A DNA stretch of 64,000 nt from Mobula hypostoma (lineage: Eukaryota), in the NCBI RefSeq assembly GCF_963921235.1, contig NC_086097.1:2294001-2358000 (forward strand), read 5' to 3'. The notes under the pieces were generated by a model, which saw only the letters and a list, made by a program, of their open reading frames with translations, did not search any database and was not told the origin of the DNA. Position 1 is the first letter of the stretch. Each line of letters opens with the position of its first letter. Positions 21,680 to 34,650 of this stretch are shown one piece after another. The position numbers and the translations under genes were made by a program.

Positions 21680-22215
21680 TTTGTGTCATTAGCAAATTTA
21701 TTAACCCATCCAGGACACTTATAAACATCATGAAGAGTAAGGGTCCCAGAACAGATCCCTGATGCACACCACTGGTCACCGACCTCCATGCAGAATATGA
21801 CCCATCTACAACCACCTTCTGTGGGCAAGCCAGTTCTGGATCCACAAAGCAATGTCCCCTTGGATCCCATCCCTCCTTACTTTCTCAATAAGCCTTGCAT
21901 GGGGTACCTTATCAAATGCCTTGCTGAAATCCATATACACTACACCTACTGCTCTACCTTCAACGTGCTTATTCACATCCTCAAAAAATTCAATCAGGCT
22001 CATAAGGTACAACCTGCCTTTGACAAAGCCATGCTGACTATTCCTAATCATATTATGCTTCTCCAAATGTTCATAAATCCCGCCTCTCAGGATCTTCTCC
22101 ATCAAGTCACCAACCACTGAAGTAAGACTCACTGGTCTATAATTTCCTGGGCTATCTCAACTCCCTTTCTTGAATAAAGGAACAACATCTGCAACCCACC
22201 AATCCTCCAGAACCT
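21680..22215 (-). mobile_element. CR1 RT fragment
   Basis: SLTSVVG...QHGFVKGR...YMDFSKAFDKVPH...WIQNWL...GSVLGPLLF...KFANDTK. Confidence 0.88.
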
Positions 22216-22239
22216 ATCCGTGTGGTGAACACGTACCTA

Positions 22240-22845
22240 CTATAGAAATTACCTAGGGTTAGCTATAGCCCTCTATTTTTCTAAGCTCCATGTACCTATC
22301 CAGGAGTCTCTTAAAAGACCCTATCGTATCTGCCTCCACCACTGTCGCTGACAGCCCATTCCACACACTCACCACTTTGTGTCAAAAAAACAACAACAAC
22401 TTACCCCTGATATCTCCTCTGTATCTACTTCCAAGCACCTTAAAACTATGCCCTCTTGTGTTAGCCATTTCAGCCCTGGGAAAAAGCCTCTGACTATCCA
22501 CACAATCAAAGCCTTTCATCATCTTATACACCTCTTTCAGGTCATCTCTCATCCTCCGCCGCTCCAAGAAAAAAGGCCGAGTTCACTCAACCTATTCTCA
22601 TAAGGCATGCTCCCCAATCCAGGCAACATCCTTGTAAATCTCCTCTGCACCCTTTCTATGGTTTCCACATCCTTCCTGTAGTGAGGTGACCAGAACTGAG
22701 CACAGTACTCCAAGGGGGGCCTGACCAGGGTCCTATATAGCTGCAACATTACCTCTCGGCTCTTAAACTCAATCCCACAGTTGATGAAGGCCAATGCACC
22801 ATACGCCTTCTTAACCACAGAGTCAACCTGCGCTGCAGCTTTGAG
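22240..22845 (-). mobile_element. CR1 3' fragment
   Basis: KKAYGALAFIN...LEYCAQFWSPHYRKD...TRGHSFKV; same subfamily as 10400-11375. Confidence 0.88.
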
Positions 22846-23116
22846 CTTTTAAGTATGAAAGAGAAAGAAAAAGCAATTTCAAGCAAGGTAAGCTAAGCTT
22901 AACTATCTTTTTTTAAAGAAAGGTTGGCTAAAAATTCATTCTCCATTCAAAAAGAGCATTGACAATTATTTTTGGATTATTATATCTACAACTTACTGAT
23001 CACGCTAACATACCATGAGCTGTAGATAGAATAACTTTTATGCAGAGGTTCCCTGAGACCTGAAAAGTATTTCAAGGGTTCCTCCAAGGCAAAAAGGTTG
23101 AGAAAGGCAGATCTAA

Positions 23117-24150
23117 ACAAATGCAATACCTACAACAGGCTGTTGTTTATTGAATACAGGTTGGCATTCAACACCAACATCCCTTCTTTTCTAATCAACA
23201 AGCTTCAAAACCTGGGCCCCTGTACCCCACCCTCATCCTTATATTCTTTATCAGGAGACCATGGCCCGTGTGGATTGGTAGTAACGTTGGATTCTTGCTA
23301 ACAGTCCACACAGAGTCACCTCAAGGATATATGCTTAGCTCACTGCTCTACACTCTACAGTCACAATTGTGTGGCTAGGCACAGCTCAACACCATCTACA
23401 AATTTACTGATCACACCAATGTTGTGTGCAAAATCTCAAATGCCAATGAGGGGCTGCACAGGAGTGAAATAGGTCAGCTGATTGAGTGATATCACAACAA
23501 GAATTTTGCATTCAACATAGGACCAAGGACTTGATTGAGAAGAGGAAGTTAGTAGAAAATACACCAGTGGTCATTGAGGGGTCAGTGGTGGAAAAGGTGA
23601 GCAGCTTCAAGTTCCTAGATATCAATACCTCAAGATCTTTCCTGGACCCAACACACTGATGTAACCACAAAGAAGGCACAATAGCAGCTGTACTTCATTG
23701 GGAGTTTGAGGAGACGTGGATTTATCACCCAAAGCTTTTGTGAATTTCCAGACAGGACAGGATTCTGACAAATTGCAGAATTTGCAGAATATGAAGCCTC
23801 TAATTCACAAGGTTGCAAGAGGCTGCAGAGGATTATAGACACAACCAGCACCATCATGATGACAACTCTCGGCTGCATCATGGATATCTTCAAGAGACCG
23901 TGTCTGAAGAAGGAAGCATCCTCACCAACCTCTTCTCATTACTACCACCTGAGAGGAGGTATAGACCCTGAAGACGCACAGTAAACAGCTTCTTTCTATC
24001 TGCCATCAGATTTTTGAATGGTCCATGCACGATGAACACTACTTCACTACTCCTCTATTGCAATATCTATGTGTTGTAATTTATGGTCATTTTTATGCTC
24101 TGTACTGTGCTACTGCCAGAAATGTTAATAAACTGGATTCTGACTCTGGA
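23117..24150 (+). mobile_element. Degenerate Rex1-like LINE (RT to 3' UTR)
   Basis: RLLFIEY..AFNT..P..LINKLQNLG, PQG, KFTD.T and KKAQ.QLYF motifs with many stops. Confidence 0.7.
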
Positions 24151-24454
24151 CCCGGAAGCAGCACATCATGGAGGAGGAAAAAGGAGCTTTATCTTGTTAA
24201 TAGGGTGTTACAAGTATATAATGTGTTCTTATTAAAGTCCAATGTGTTTTTTTTAAATGGATAACTTATTTATCTGCAATTTTCTCAGTAGTATCCATAT
24301 AATAAGCTTTCCCCTGTTAATGGTACAAGACAAATTCAACATCATAATGAAGACATAATAAAAAAAATCCTGACGGGACTCGGCAGGCCAGACAATACCA
24401 AAGGAGAGAGAAGCAGAATCCATGTTTCAGGTCACTGAGTTCTAACTCCACCAG

Positions 24455-24680
24455 GGACGGTCCCAAGCCTGACCACGAAATGAGCAGAGTTGGGTACTGG
24501 GCTAGAAACTCCACCCTGTTAAAAACCCAAAGCTACAGATACTCCAAAGACTTCATCCACAGGAGAGGAAGAATTCTCAAAGACGGACTACACCTGAGGA
24601 CAACTTGAAAGACTGACCCAGGGCAGAGGACTCCGGTGAGCTGCTGTTGACCCATGGTGATGGGGCTTACATAAATGAAT
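24455..24680 (+). mobile_element. Putative bipartite non-autonomous RTE-derived element
   Basis: ggtcccaagcc...gttggg...gggctagaaactccaccctgttaaaaacc resembles an RTE 5' UTR and is fused to cccagggcagagga...gagctgctgttg...gatggggctta, which resembles an RTE 3' end. Recognised from memory of RTE families. Confidence 0.45.
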
Positions 24681-25679
24681 CACCCCGCTTTATTATCAAG
24701 TTTGCTTTTCTCTCCTGCTTGTCCAGCTCAGTTTATTTTTATCTTACACTTGTAATGCTAGCAATTTTTGGTTTCCTGATCAGGACAAAGAGCTTGTGGG
24801 TTCCATTTCATTATTACTGCAGTTCGCATGGGGTGATGAGTTTTTTTTAGCTTAAAAGAATTGATTGAATCAAGGCTACATGAAAGAGATTCTTCAGAGA
24901 CTGCAGAAAGCTCCAGGAGATTTTGACATTCTGAAACACCACATATATATGTGCCTTCTTTGTGTCCTCTGTACAAAACCAAATTCCACCACCATATTAG
25001 TCATGGCCCAGTGAGGAACAGATGACAAAAATAAATAGAATGCACCTTCTCCTTTGCAGAACTCACTTGCAAACCACAGAGCTGGTGTCTATTAGGCCTG
25101 CGGACTATCAGGGTACAATTGTTACTGTGATCCACTGAAGACTAGGTTGATACGGTCCTTAGTTTTACCTTTTATGGGCAAAATAACAGTTTTGTTTCTC
25201 TTTTGTTTTAAAAAAGAAACAGTTCATGTTCCCTTACCTTTTCTGAGCTGCATGAATTGTAAATGGATCAAATCTGCCAGAGAGGGAGACAACGGTTTAA
25301 ACTATACTAGACCAGTAATCTATTTTAAACAATGAGTTGAAGACACGGAGAGACAGTTAGCATTTTTACAATGACAAGTGACAGAGAGACTGTCACTGGA
25401 TATTTAAATATTTGATGTTTGGGCTTACATCTTCATTTGTTCCTCTTGTTACATGAGATGTTGGTTTAAAGCAACTGTGACTGGATCCATTTTCATTAAC
25501 TCTGCACGTCCCTTGGGAAGCAGGAGAGAAAGATAACATTGAACTGAATTGTTCCTGACAAACTTAAGTCGCTGATGGTTCCCAGCAAAGTTGGCCTCCA
25601 TCAGCTGCTGTGGGAGAGTAATACACAATGCAGCACTATGTATGAATGGAGTCACGCTGGCCTATCTCCACACCATGGT

Positions 25680-25945
25680 CATAAGAGTACAGCACAGAAA
25701 CATGCCCTTTGGCCCATCTAGTCTATGCCGAACCCATTAATCTGTCCAGTCCCATCAACCTGCACCTAGACCCGAGTCCTCCATACCCATCCCATCCACA
25801 TACCTGTCCAAATATCCTTTAAATGTGAAATCAAACCCACATCTACCACTTCCGCTCACAACCTTCTCGTGAAGAAGCTCCCCATCATGTTCCTCTTAAA
25901 CATTTCACCTTTCACCCTTAACCCATGATCTCTACTTCTGGTCTC
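25680..25945 (-). mobile_element. CR1 3' end
   Basis: cagcacagaaacatgccctttggcccatctagtc...ttcacctttcacccttaacccatga. Confidence 0.7.
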
Positions 25946-26119
25946 AGTGTCAATGCTCTCCATTAAACTGCAGATCCTGCACAAGGAGGACTCTATCATT
26001 AGGAACTGTTGAAGGAAGTGGGGAATCACACTATTTTTCCCCTTACAGACGTGATGGGTAGACGCAGTGCATGGGTCAGCTCACTCTCAACTTCTGGCAA
26101 TGCAGAATTCAGGAACGGG

Positions 26120-26395
26120 ACACAGGTCAGATACCAGTGCATCCAATTGCTTGCCCAGCCACGAGACTCAGCACTGGCTCCATTGAGGCCTCATCTGCAT
26201 CAGGGTGACCGACCGCTGCAACAAGCACCTTCGCTCTGTCCGCCATGCTAGCCACAACCTCCCACAGCAAATGTTCGGACACCATCCACGGACTCCTCCA
26301 CTGCCAGGATAAGGCTAAATGGAAGATACAGGAAGAGTACCTCATGTTCCACCTCAGCCATCGACAACCCAAAGAATGAACACACTTGCGGTAAT
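26120..26395 (+). mobile_element. Degenerate Penelope GIY-YIG endonuclease C-terminal fragment
   Basis: Translates KHLRSVR...IHGLLHCQDKAKWKIQEEYLMFHLSHRQPKE, similar to the PLE endonuclease tail (EHLRSV...LEEQHLIFRLG.LQP.GMN). Confidence 0.6.
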
Positions 26396-26609
26396 CTGGC
26401 TGTCCTTTGCCCACCACAGACGCTGTCTGACACACGGGGTCCTCCACTGCCTAGTATATCGCACAGATTCCAGCAAGCACAGTCTCCTGTTCCCTTCAGA
26501 TAGGTTACATTACAAGACCAGAACTCCACTGACCCGGATTAATGATTCACATCGCAGGGATTTAACTTCAATTAACTACATTAATTGGGAATAAAAAACA
26601 CTACTGAAC

Positions 26610-26990
26610 TTAATGAGCTTGATACGTCATCAAAGACTCTCGCAAATTTCTACAGATACACCATGGAGAGGACAGGACAGGGCCAGAAAAGCTGTGAAAA
26701 GTTGTAAACTCAGTCAGCTCCATCATGGGCACCAGCCCTCCCCCTCCATCGAGGACATCTTCAAAAGATGATGCTTCAAAAAGCTGGCATCCATCATTAA
26801 GGACCCTCACTGCCCAGGATGTGCCCCTTCTCACTGCTACTATCAAGGTGGTAGCACAGGAGCCTGAAGACACACAGTCAACGTTTTAGAAACAGCTTCT
26901 TCCCCTCTGCAATCAGATTCCTGAATGGACAATCATCCCTCCCTCACTATTGTTTTCCCTTCTCTGTTTGTAGTACTGATTTTTATAAGG
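26610..26990 (+). mobile_element. Rex1-like 3' fragment
   Basis: KTLANFYRYTME...SSIMGTSLP.IEDIFK...ASIIKDPH...SFFPSAIRFLNG. Confidence 0.75.
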
Positions 26991-27002
26991 GCTAATTATA
27001 TA

Positions 27003-27570
27003 CACAGGGCTCTGGTTAATTAGGACAAAATGGGACCAGTAGATTTTGATCCATTTAAGCGGCTACCCCAATTAGCCAAATTTCATGGAAATAGTTATAA
27101 AGACAAACTGTAATGAATTATGTATTTATATGAAATACAGAACAAATTCAAACTTTATCAATACTACTGCAGTACTATAATAGTGTTATTTCCTAATATT
27201 TATCAACAAATGAATTCATCCAGTGCTTTCAATGAACAAAGTCAGTGCAGACACCTAGCACGGATAATGGATGGACTTCATACAATGCTATCAATGATTA
27301 CACTCTCCAAATCTTCATTGCAACATTCCAGATGACTGTCAGTAGATACCTTCAAATTCTTCGTAGTTCCTAACTTGCTGAAGTAGTGAAAACATTTCAT
27401 TTCACTCCTGGCGTTTCTGGCATCTGCAAGCCTGAATACTTGAAACCTACTGCTTTTCACTCACCAACTATTTGTGAGAAAGACTATTACTTTTTTTAAA
27501 AAACACGAACACACATAACTGATGCTATTTGAAAACTGTTTGCTTTAAGCATGGTGTAGCATCTAATTTT
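27003..27570. mobile_element. Tigger/pogo-like DNA transposon fragment (same family as 8530-9300)
   Basis: tctggttaattaggacaaaatgggaccagta...ctccaaatcttca...gaagtagtgaaa...caagcctgaatacttgaaac, collinear with 8530-9120. Confidence 0.7.
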
Positions 27571-27761
27571 TATATAAAAATTGCTCCAGTGTGGAGTTCA
27601 AGATAATGCCAACCAACAACATGACCAAAGGTGACAGGTCACTAAACTACCTTTTACAAATATGATTCTACTCGTAAGCTGCGTATGTTTGTAATCTGTG
27701 CTTTACAACTTGATGGTATGTTTTTCAGCCGATTGAATGATCTGGTATTTGCCGTCTCCGA

Positions 27762-30700
27762 GGGAGTGGAGTGTGAGGTTTGGGGTGGAGTGAGCTGTGG
27801 TTTGGAGTGGAGTGGAGTGTGAGGTGAGGTTTGGAGTGTGAGGTGAGGTTTGGAGTGGAGTGAGGTGAGGTTTGGGGTGGAGTGTGAGGTTTGGAGTGGA
27901 GTGTGAGGTTTGGAGTGGAGTGTGAGGTTTGGAGTGGAGTGTAAGGTGAGGTTTGGAGTGGAGTGTGAGGTTTGGGGTGGAGTGTGAGGTTTGGGGTGGA
28001 GTGTGAGGTGAGGTTTGGAGTGGAGTGTGTGGTGAGGTTCGGAGTGGAGTGAGGTGAGGTTCGGAGTGGAGTGTGAGGTGAGGTTCGGAGTGAAGTGTGA
28101 GGTGAGGTTCGGTGTGGAGTGTGAGGTGAGGTTTGGAGTGGAGTGAGGTGAGGTTCGGAGTAGAGTGTGGTTTGGAGTGGAGTGAGGTGAGGTTTGGAGT
28201 GGAGTGAGGTGAGGTTTGGAGTGGAGTGTGAGGTTTGGAGTGGAGTGTGAGGTTTGGAGTGGAGTGTGAGGTGAGGTTCGGACTGGAGTGGGAGGTGAGG
28301 TTCGGACTGGAGTGGGAGGTGAGGTTCGGACTGGAGTGGGAGGTGAGGTTCGGACTGGAGTGGGAGGTGAGGTTCGGACTGGAGTGGGAGGTGAGGTTCG
28401 GAGTGGAGTGGGAGGTGAGGTTCGGAGTGGAGTGGGAGGTGAGGTTCGGACTGGAGTGGGAGGTGAGGTTCGGAGTGGAGTGTGAGGTGAGGTTCGGACT
28501 GGAGTGGGAGGTGAGGTTCGGAGTGGAGTGTGAGGTGAGGTACGGAGTGGAGTGTGAGGTGAGGTTTGGAGTGGAGTGAGGTGAGGTTTGGGGTGGAGTG
28601 TGAGGTTTGGAGTGGAGTGTGAGGTTTGGAGTGGAGTGTAAGGTGAGGTTTGGAGTGGAGTGTGAGGTTTGGGGTGGAGTGTGAGGTTTGGGGTGGAGTG
28701 TGAGGTGAGGTTTGGAGTGGAGTGTGTGGTGAGGTTTGGAGTGGAGTGAGGTGAGGTTCGGAGTGGAGTGTGAGGTGAGGTTCGGAGTGGAGTGTGAGGT
28801 GAGGTTCGGAGTGGAGTGTGAGGTGAGGTTTGGAGTGGAGTGAGGTGAGGTTCGGAGTGGAGTGTGGTTTGGAGTGGAGTGTGAGGTGAGGTTTGGAGTG
28901 GAGTGAGGTGAGGTTTGGAGTGGAGTGTGAGGTGAGGTTCGGACTGGAGTGGGAGGTGAGGTTCGGACTGGAGTGGGAGGTGAGGTTCGGACTGGAGTGG
29001 GAGGTGAGGTTCGGAGTGGAGTGGGAGGTGAGGTTCGGAGTGGAGTGGGAGGTGAGGTTCGGAGTGGAGTGGGAGGTGAGGTTCGGACTGGAGTGGGAGG
29101 TGAGGTTCGGAGTGGAGTGGGAGGTGAGGTTTGGACTGGAGTGGGAGGTGAGGTTCGGAGTGGAGTGTGAGGTGAGGTACGGAGTGGAGTGTGAGGTGAG
29201 GTTCAGAGTGGAGTGTGAGGTGAGGTACGGAGTGCAGTGTGAGGTGAGGTACGGAGTGGAGTGTGAGGTTTGGGGTGGAGTGAGGTGAGGTTTGGAGTGG
29301 AGTGTGAGGTGAGGTTTGGAGTGGAGTGAGGTGAGGTTCGGAGTGGAGTGTGAGGTGAGGTTCGGAGTGAAGTGTGAGGTGAGGTTTGGAGTGGAGTGTG
29401 AGGTGAGGTTTGGAGTGGAGTGAGGTGAGGTTTGGAGTGGAGTGTGAGGTGAGGTTTGGAGTGGAGTGTGAGGTGAGGTTTGGAGTGTGATGTGAGGTTT
29501 GGAGTGTGATGTGAGGTTTGGAGTGGATTGAGGTGAGGTTTGGAGTGGAGTGTGAGGTTTGGAGTGGAGTGTGAGGTGAGGTTCGGACTGGAGTGGGAGG
29601 TGAGGTTCGGACTGGAGTGGGAGGTGAGGTTCGGAGTGGAGTGGGAGGTGAGGTTCGGAGTGGAGTGTGAGGTGAGGTTTGGAGTGGAGTGAGGTGAGGT
29701 TTGGAGTGGAGTGTGAGGTGAGGTTTGGAGTGGAGTGTGAGGTGAGGTTTGGAGTGTGATGTGAGGTTTGGAGTGTGATGTGAGGTTTGGAGTGGATTGA
29801 GGTGAGGTTTGGAGTGGAGTGTGAGGTTTGGAGTGGAGTGTGAGGTGAGGTTCGGACTGGAGTGGGAGGTGAGGTTCGGACTGGAGTGGGAGGTGAGGTT
29901 CGGAGTGGAGTGGGAGGTGAGGTTCGGAGTGGAGTGTGAGGTGAGGTACGGAGTGGAGTGTGAGGTGAGGTACGGAGTGGAGTGTGAGGTGAGGTTTGGG
30001 GTGGAGTGTGAGGTTTGGGGTGGAGTGTGAGGTGAGGTTTGGAGTGTGATGTGAGGTGAGGTTTGGAGTGGATTGAGGTGAGGTTCGGAGTGGAGTGTGA
30101 GGTTCGGAGTGGAGTGGAGTGAGGTGAGGTTCGGACTGGAGTGTGAGGTGAGGTTCGGACTGGAGTGTGAGGTGAGGTTCGGACTGGAGTGTGAGGTGAG
30201 GTTCGGAGTGGAGTGGGAGGTGAGGTTCGGACTGGAGTGGGAGGTGAGGTTCGGACTGGAGTGGGAGGTGAGGTTCGGACTGGAGTGGGAGGTGAGGTTC
30301 GGACTGGAGTGGGAGGTGAGGTTCGGAATGGAGTGTGAGGTGAGGTTCGGAGTGGAGTGTGAGGTGAGGTTTGGGGTGGAGTGAGGTGAGGTTTGGAGTG
30401 GAGTGTGAGGTGAGGTTTGGAGTGGAGTGAGGTGAGGTTCGGAGTGGAGTGAGGTGAGGTTTGGAGTGTGAGGTGAGGTTTGGGGTGGAGTGAGGTGAGG
30501 TTTGGAGTGGAGTGTGAGGTGAGGTTTGGAGTGGAGTGAGGTGAGGTTCGGAGTGGAGTGAGGTGAGGTTTGGAGTGGAGTGTGAGGTTTGGGGTGGAGT
30601 GTGAGGTGAGGTTTGGAGTGGAGTGTGGTTTGGAGTGGAGTGTGAGGTGAGGTTTGGAGTGGAGTGTGAGGTGAGGTTTGGAGTGGAGTGTGAGGTTTGG

Positions 30701-33700
30701 AGTGGAGTGTGAGGTTTGGGGTGGAGTGTGAGGTGAGGTTCGGAGTGGAGTGTGGTGAGGTTTTTGAGTGGAGTGTGGTGAGGTTTTTGAGTGGAGTGAG
30801 GTGAGGTTTGGAGTGGAGTGTGTGGTTCGGAGTGGAGTGTGAGGTTCGGTTCGGAGTGGAGTGTGAGGTTCGGTTCGGAGTGGAGTGTGAGGTTCGGTCG
30901 GAGTGGAGTGTGAGGTTCGGTCGGAGTGGAGTGTGAGGTTGGGGTGGAGTGGAGTGTGAGGTGAGGTTTGGAGTGGAGTGTGAGGTGAGGTTTGGAGTGG
31001 GGAGGTTTGGACTGGAGCGTGAGGTTCGGAGTGGAGTGTGGTTTGGAGTGGAGTGTCGTTTAAAGTGGAGTGTGAGGTGAGTTTCGGAGTGAAGTGAGGT
31101 TAGGTTCGGAGTGGAGTGTGAGGTGAGGTTCGGAGTGGAGTGTGAGGTGAGGTCGGAGTGGAGTGAGGTGAGGTTTGGACTGGTGCGTGAGGTTCGGAGT
31201 GGAGCGTGAGGTGGGGTTCGGAGTGGAGTGTGAGGTGAGGTTCGGAGTGGAGTGAGGTGAGGTTTGGACTGGAGCGTGAGGTTTGGACTGGAGCGTGAGG
31301 TTCGGAGTGGAGCGTGAGCTGAGGTTCGGAGTGGAGGGTGAGGTGGGGTTCGGAGTGCAGCGTGAGGTGAGGTTCGGAGTGGAGCGTGAGGTGAGGTTCG
31401 GAGTGGAGTGTGGTTTGGAGTGGAGTGTGAGGTGAGGTTTGGAGTGGAGTATGAGGTTTGGAGTGGAGTGAGGTGAGGTTTGGGGTGGAGTGTGAGGTGA
31501 GGTTTGGGGTGGAGTGTGAGGTGAGGTTTGGGGTGGAGTGTGAGGTGAGGTTTGGAGTGGAGTGTGTGGTTCGGAGTGGAGTGTGAGGTTCGGTTCGGAG
31601 TGGAGTGAGGTGTGGTTTGGAGTGGAGTGTGTGGTTCGGAGTGGAGTGTGAGGTTCGGTTCGGAGTGGAGTGTGAGGTGAGGTTTGGAGTGGAGTGTGAG
31701 GTGAGGTTTGGAGTGGAGTGAGGTGAGGTTTGGACTGGAGCGTGAGGTTCGGAGTGGAGTGTGGTTTGGAGTGGAGTGTCGTTTGGAGTGGAGTGTGAGG
31801 TGAGGTTCAGAGTGGAGTGAGGTGAGGTTCAGAGTGGAGTGTGAGGTGAGGTTCGGAGTGGAGTGTGAGGTGAGGTTCGGAGTGGAGTGTGAGGTGAGGT
31901 TCGGAGTGGAGTGTGAGGTGAGGTTCGGAGTGGAGCGTGAGGTGAGGTTCGGAGTGGAGTGTGAGGTGAGGTTCGGAGTGGAGTGAGGTGAGGTTCGGAC
32001 TGGAGCGTGAGGTTCGGAGTGGAGCGTGAGGTGGGGTTCGGAGTGGAGTGTGAGGTGAGGTTCGGAGTGGAGTGTGAGGTGAGGTTCGGAGTGGAGTGTG
32101 AGGTGAGGTTCGGAGTGGAGTGTGGTTTGGAGTGGAGTGTGAGGTGAGGTTTGGAGTGGAGTGAGGTGAGGTTTGGAGTGGAGTGTGAGGTTTGGGGTGG
32201 AGCGTGAGGTTTGGGGTGGAGCGTGAGGTTCGGAGTGGAGGGTGAGGTGAGGTTCGGAGTGGAGTGTGAGGTGAGGTTTGGAGTGGAGTGAGGTTCGGTT
32301 CGGAGTGGAGTGTGAGGTTCGGTTCGGAGTGGAGTGTGAGGTTTGGGGTGGAGTGGAGTGTGAGGTTCGGTTCGGAGTGGAGTGTGAGGTGAGGTTCGGA
32401 GTGGAGTGTGGTTTGGAGTGGAGTGTCGTTTGGAGTGGAGTGTGAGGTGAGGTTCAGAGTGGAGTGAGGTGAGGTTCAGAGTGGAGTGTGAGGTGAGGTT
32501 CGGAGTGGAGTGTGAGGTGCGGGTCGGAGTGGAGTGTGAGGTGAGGTTCGGAGTGGAGTGTGAGGTGAGGTTCGGAGTGGAGTGTGAGGTGAGGTTCGGA
32601 GTGGAGTGAGGTGAGGTTCGGACTGGAGCGTGAGGTTCGGAGTGGAGCGTGAGGTGGGGTTCGGAGTGGAGTGTGAGGTGAGGTTCGGAGTGGAGTGTGA
32701 GGTGAGGTTCGGAGTGGAGTGTGAGGTGAGGTTCGGAGTGGAGTGTGGTTTGGAGTGGAGTGTGAGGTGAGGTTTGGAGTGGAGTGAGGTGAGGTTTGGA
32801 GTGGAGTGTGAGGTTTGGGGTGGAGCGTGAGGTTTGGGGTGGAGCGTGAGGTTCGGAGTGGAGGGTGAGGTGAGGTTCGGAGTGGAGTGTGAGGTGAGGT
32901 TCGGAGTGGAGTGTGAGGTGAGGTTTGGAGTGGAGTGAGGTTCGGTTCGGAGTGGAGTGTGAGGTTCGGTTCGGAGTGGAGTGTGAGGTTTGGGGTGGAG
33001 TGGAGTGTGAGGTTCGGTTCGGAGTGGAGTGTGAGGTTCGGTTCGGAGTGGAGTGTGAGGTTCGGTTCGGAGTGGAGTATGAGGTTTGGAGTGGAGTGAG
33101 GTGAGGTTTGGGGTGGAGTGTGAGGTGAGGTTTGGAGTGGAGTATGAGGTTTGGAGTGGAGTGTGAGGTGAGGTTTGGGGTGGAGTGTGAGGTGAGGTTT
33201 GGAGTGGAGTGTGAGGTGAGGTTCGGAGTGGAGTGTGAGGTGAGGTTCGGAGTGGAGTGTGAGGTGAGGTTCGGGGTGGAGTGTGAGGTTCGGGGTGGAG
33301 TGTGAGGTTCGGGGTGGAGTGTGAGGTTCGGGGTGGAGTGTGAGGTTCGGGGTGGAGTGGAGTGTGAGGTGAGGTTTGGAGTGGAGTGTGAGGTGAGGTT
33401 TGGAGTGGAGTGTGAGGTGAGGTTTGGAGTGGAGTGTGAGGTGAGGTTCGGAGTGGAGTGTGAGGTGAGGTTTGGAGTGGAGTGTGAGGTGAGGTTTGGA
33501 GTGGAGTGTGAGGTTCGGCTCGGAGTGGAGTGTGAGGTTCGGCTCGGAGTGGAGTGTGAGGTTTGGGGTGGAGTGGAGTGGGAGGTGAGGTTCGGAGTGG
33601 AGTGTGAGGTGAGGTTCGGAGTGGAGTGTGAGGTTCGGCTCGGAGTGGAGTGTGAGGTTTGGGGTGGAGTGGAGTGGGAGGTGAGGTTCGGAGTGGAGTG

Positions 33701-34650
33701 TGAGGTTCGGCTCGGAGTGGAGTGTGAGGTTTGGGGTGGAGTGGAGTGGGAGGTGAGGTTCGGAGTGGAGTGAGGTGAGGTTCGGAGTGGAGTGTGAGGT
33801 GAGGTTCGGAGTGGAGTGAGGTGAGGTTCGGAGTGGAGTGTGAGGTGAGGTTTGGAGTGGAGTGTGAGGTTCGGTTCGGAGTGGAGTGAGGTGAGGTTCG
33901 GAGTGGAGTGTGAGGTGAGGTTTGGAGTGGAGTGTGAGGTTCGGCTCGGAGTGGAGTGTGAGGTTTGGGGTGGAGTGGAGTGGGAGGTGAGGTTCGGAGT
34001 GGAGTGAGGTGAGGTTCGGAGTGGAGTGTGAGGTGAGGTTTGGAGTGGAGTGTGAGGTGAGGTTCGGAGTGGAGTGTGAGGTGAGGTTTGGAGTGGAGTG
34101 TGAGGTTCGGTTCGGAGTGGAGTGTGAGGTTTGGGGTGGAGTGGAGTGGGAGGTGAGGTTCGGAGTGGAGTGTGAGGTGAGGTTCGGAGTGGAGTGTGAG
34201 GTGAGGTTCGGAGTGGAGTGTGAGGTGAGGTTTGGAGTGGAGTGTGAGGTTCGGTTCGGAGTGGAGTGTGAGGTTCGGTTCGGAGTGGAGTGAGGTGAGG
34301 TTTGGAGTGGAGTGTGAGGTTCGGTTCGGAGTGGAGTGTGAGGTTCGGCTCGGAGTGGAGTGTGAGGTTTGGGGTGGAGTGGAGTGGGAGGTGAGGTTCG
34401 GAGTGGAGTGTGAGGTGAGGTTCGGAGTGGAGTGTGAGGTGAGGTTCGGAGTGGAGTGAGGTGAGGTTCGGAGTGGAGTGTGAGGTGAGGTTTGGAGTGG
34501 AGTGTGAGGTGAGGTTTGGAGTGGAGTGTGAGGTTCGGTTCGGAGTGGAGTGTGAGGTTCGGCTCGGAGTGGAGTGTGAGGTGAGGTTCAGAGTGGAGTG
34601 AGGTGAGGTTCGGAGTGGAGTGTGAGGTGAGGTTTGGAGTGAAGTGTGTG
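27762..34650 (+). repeat. ~6.9-kb G-rich complex satellite; core 24-bp unit ggagtggagtgtgaggtgaggtt(c/t) with 19- and 22-bp variants
   Basis: Continuous array built from GGAGT, TGAGG and TTCGG/TTTGG modules. The plus strand is strongly C-poor, and higher-order block duplications are visible. Confidence 0.98.
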
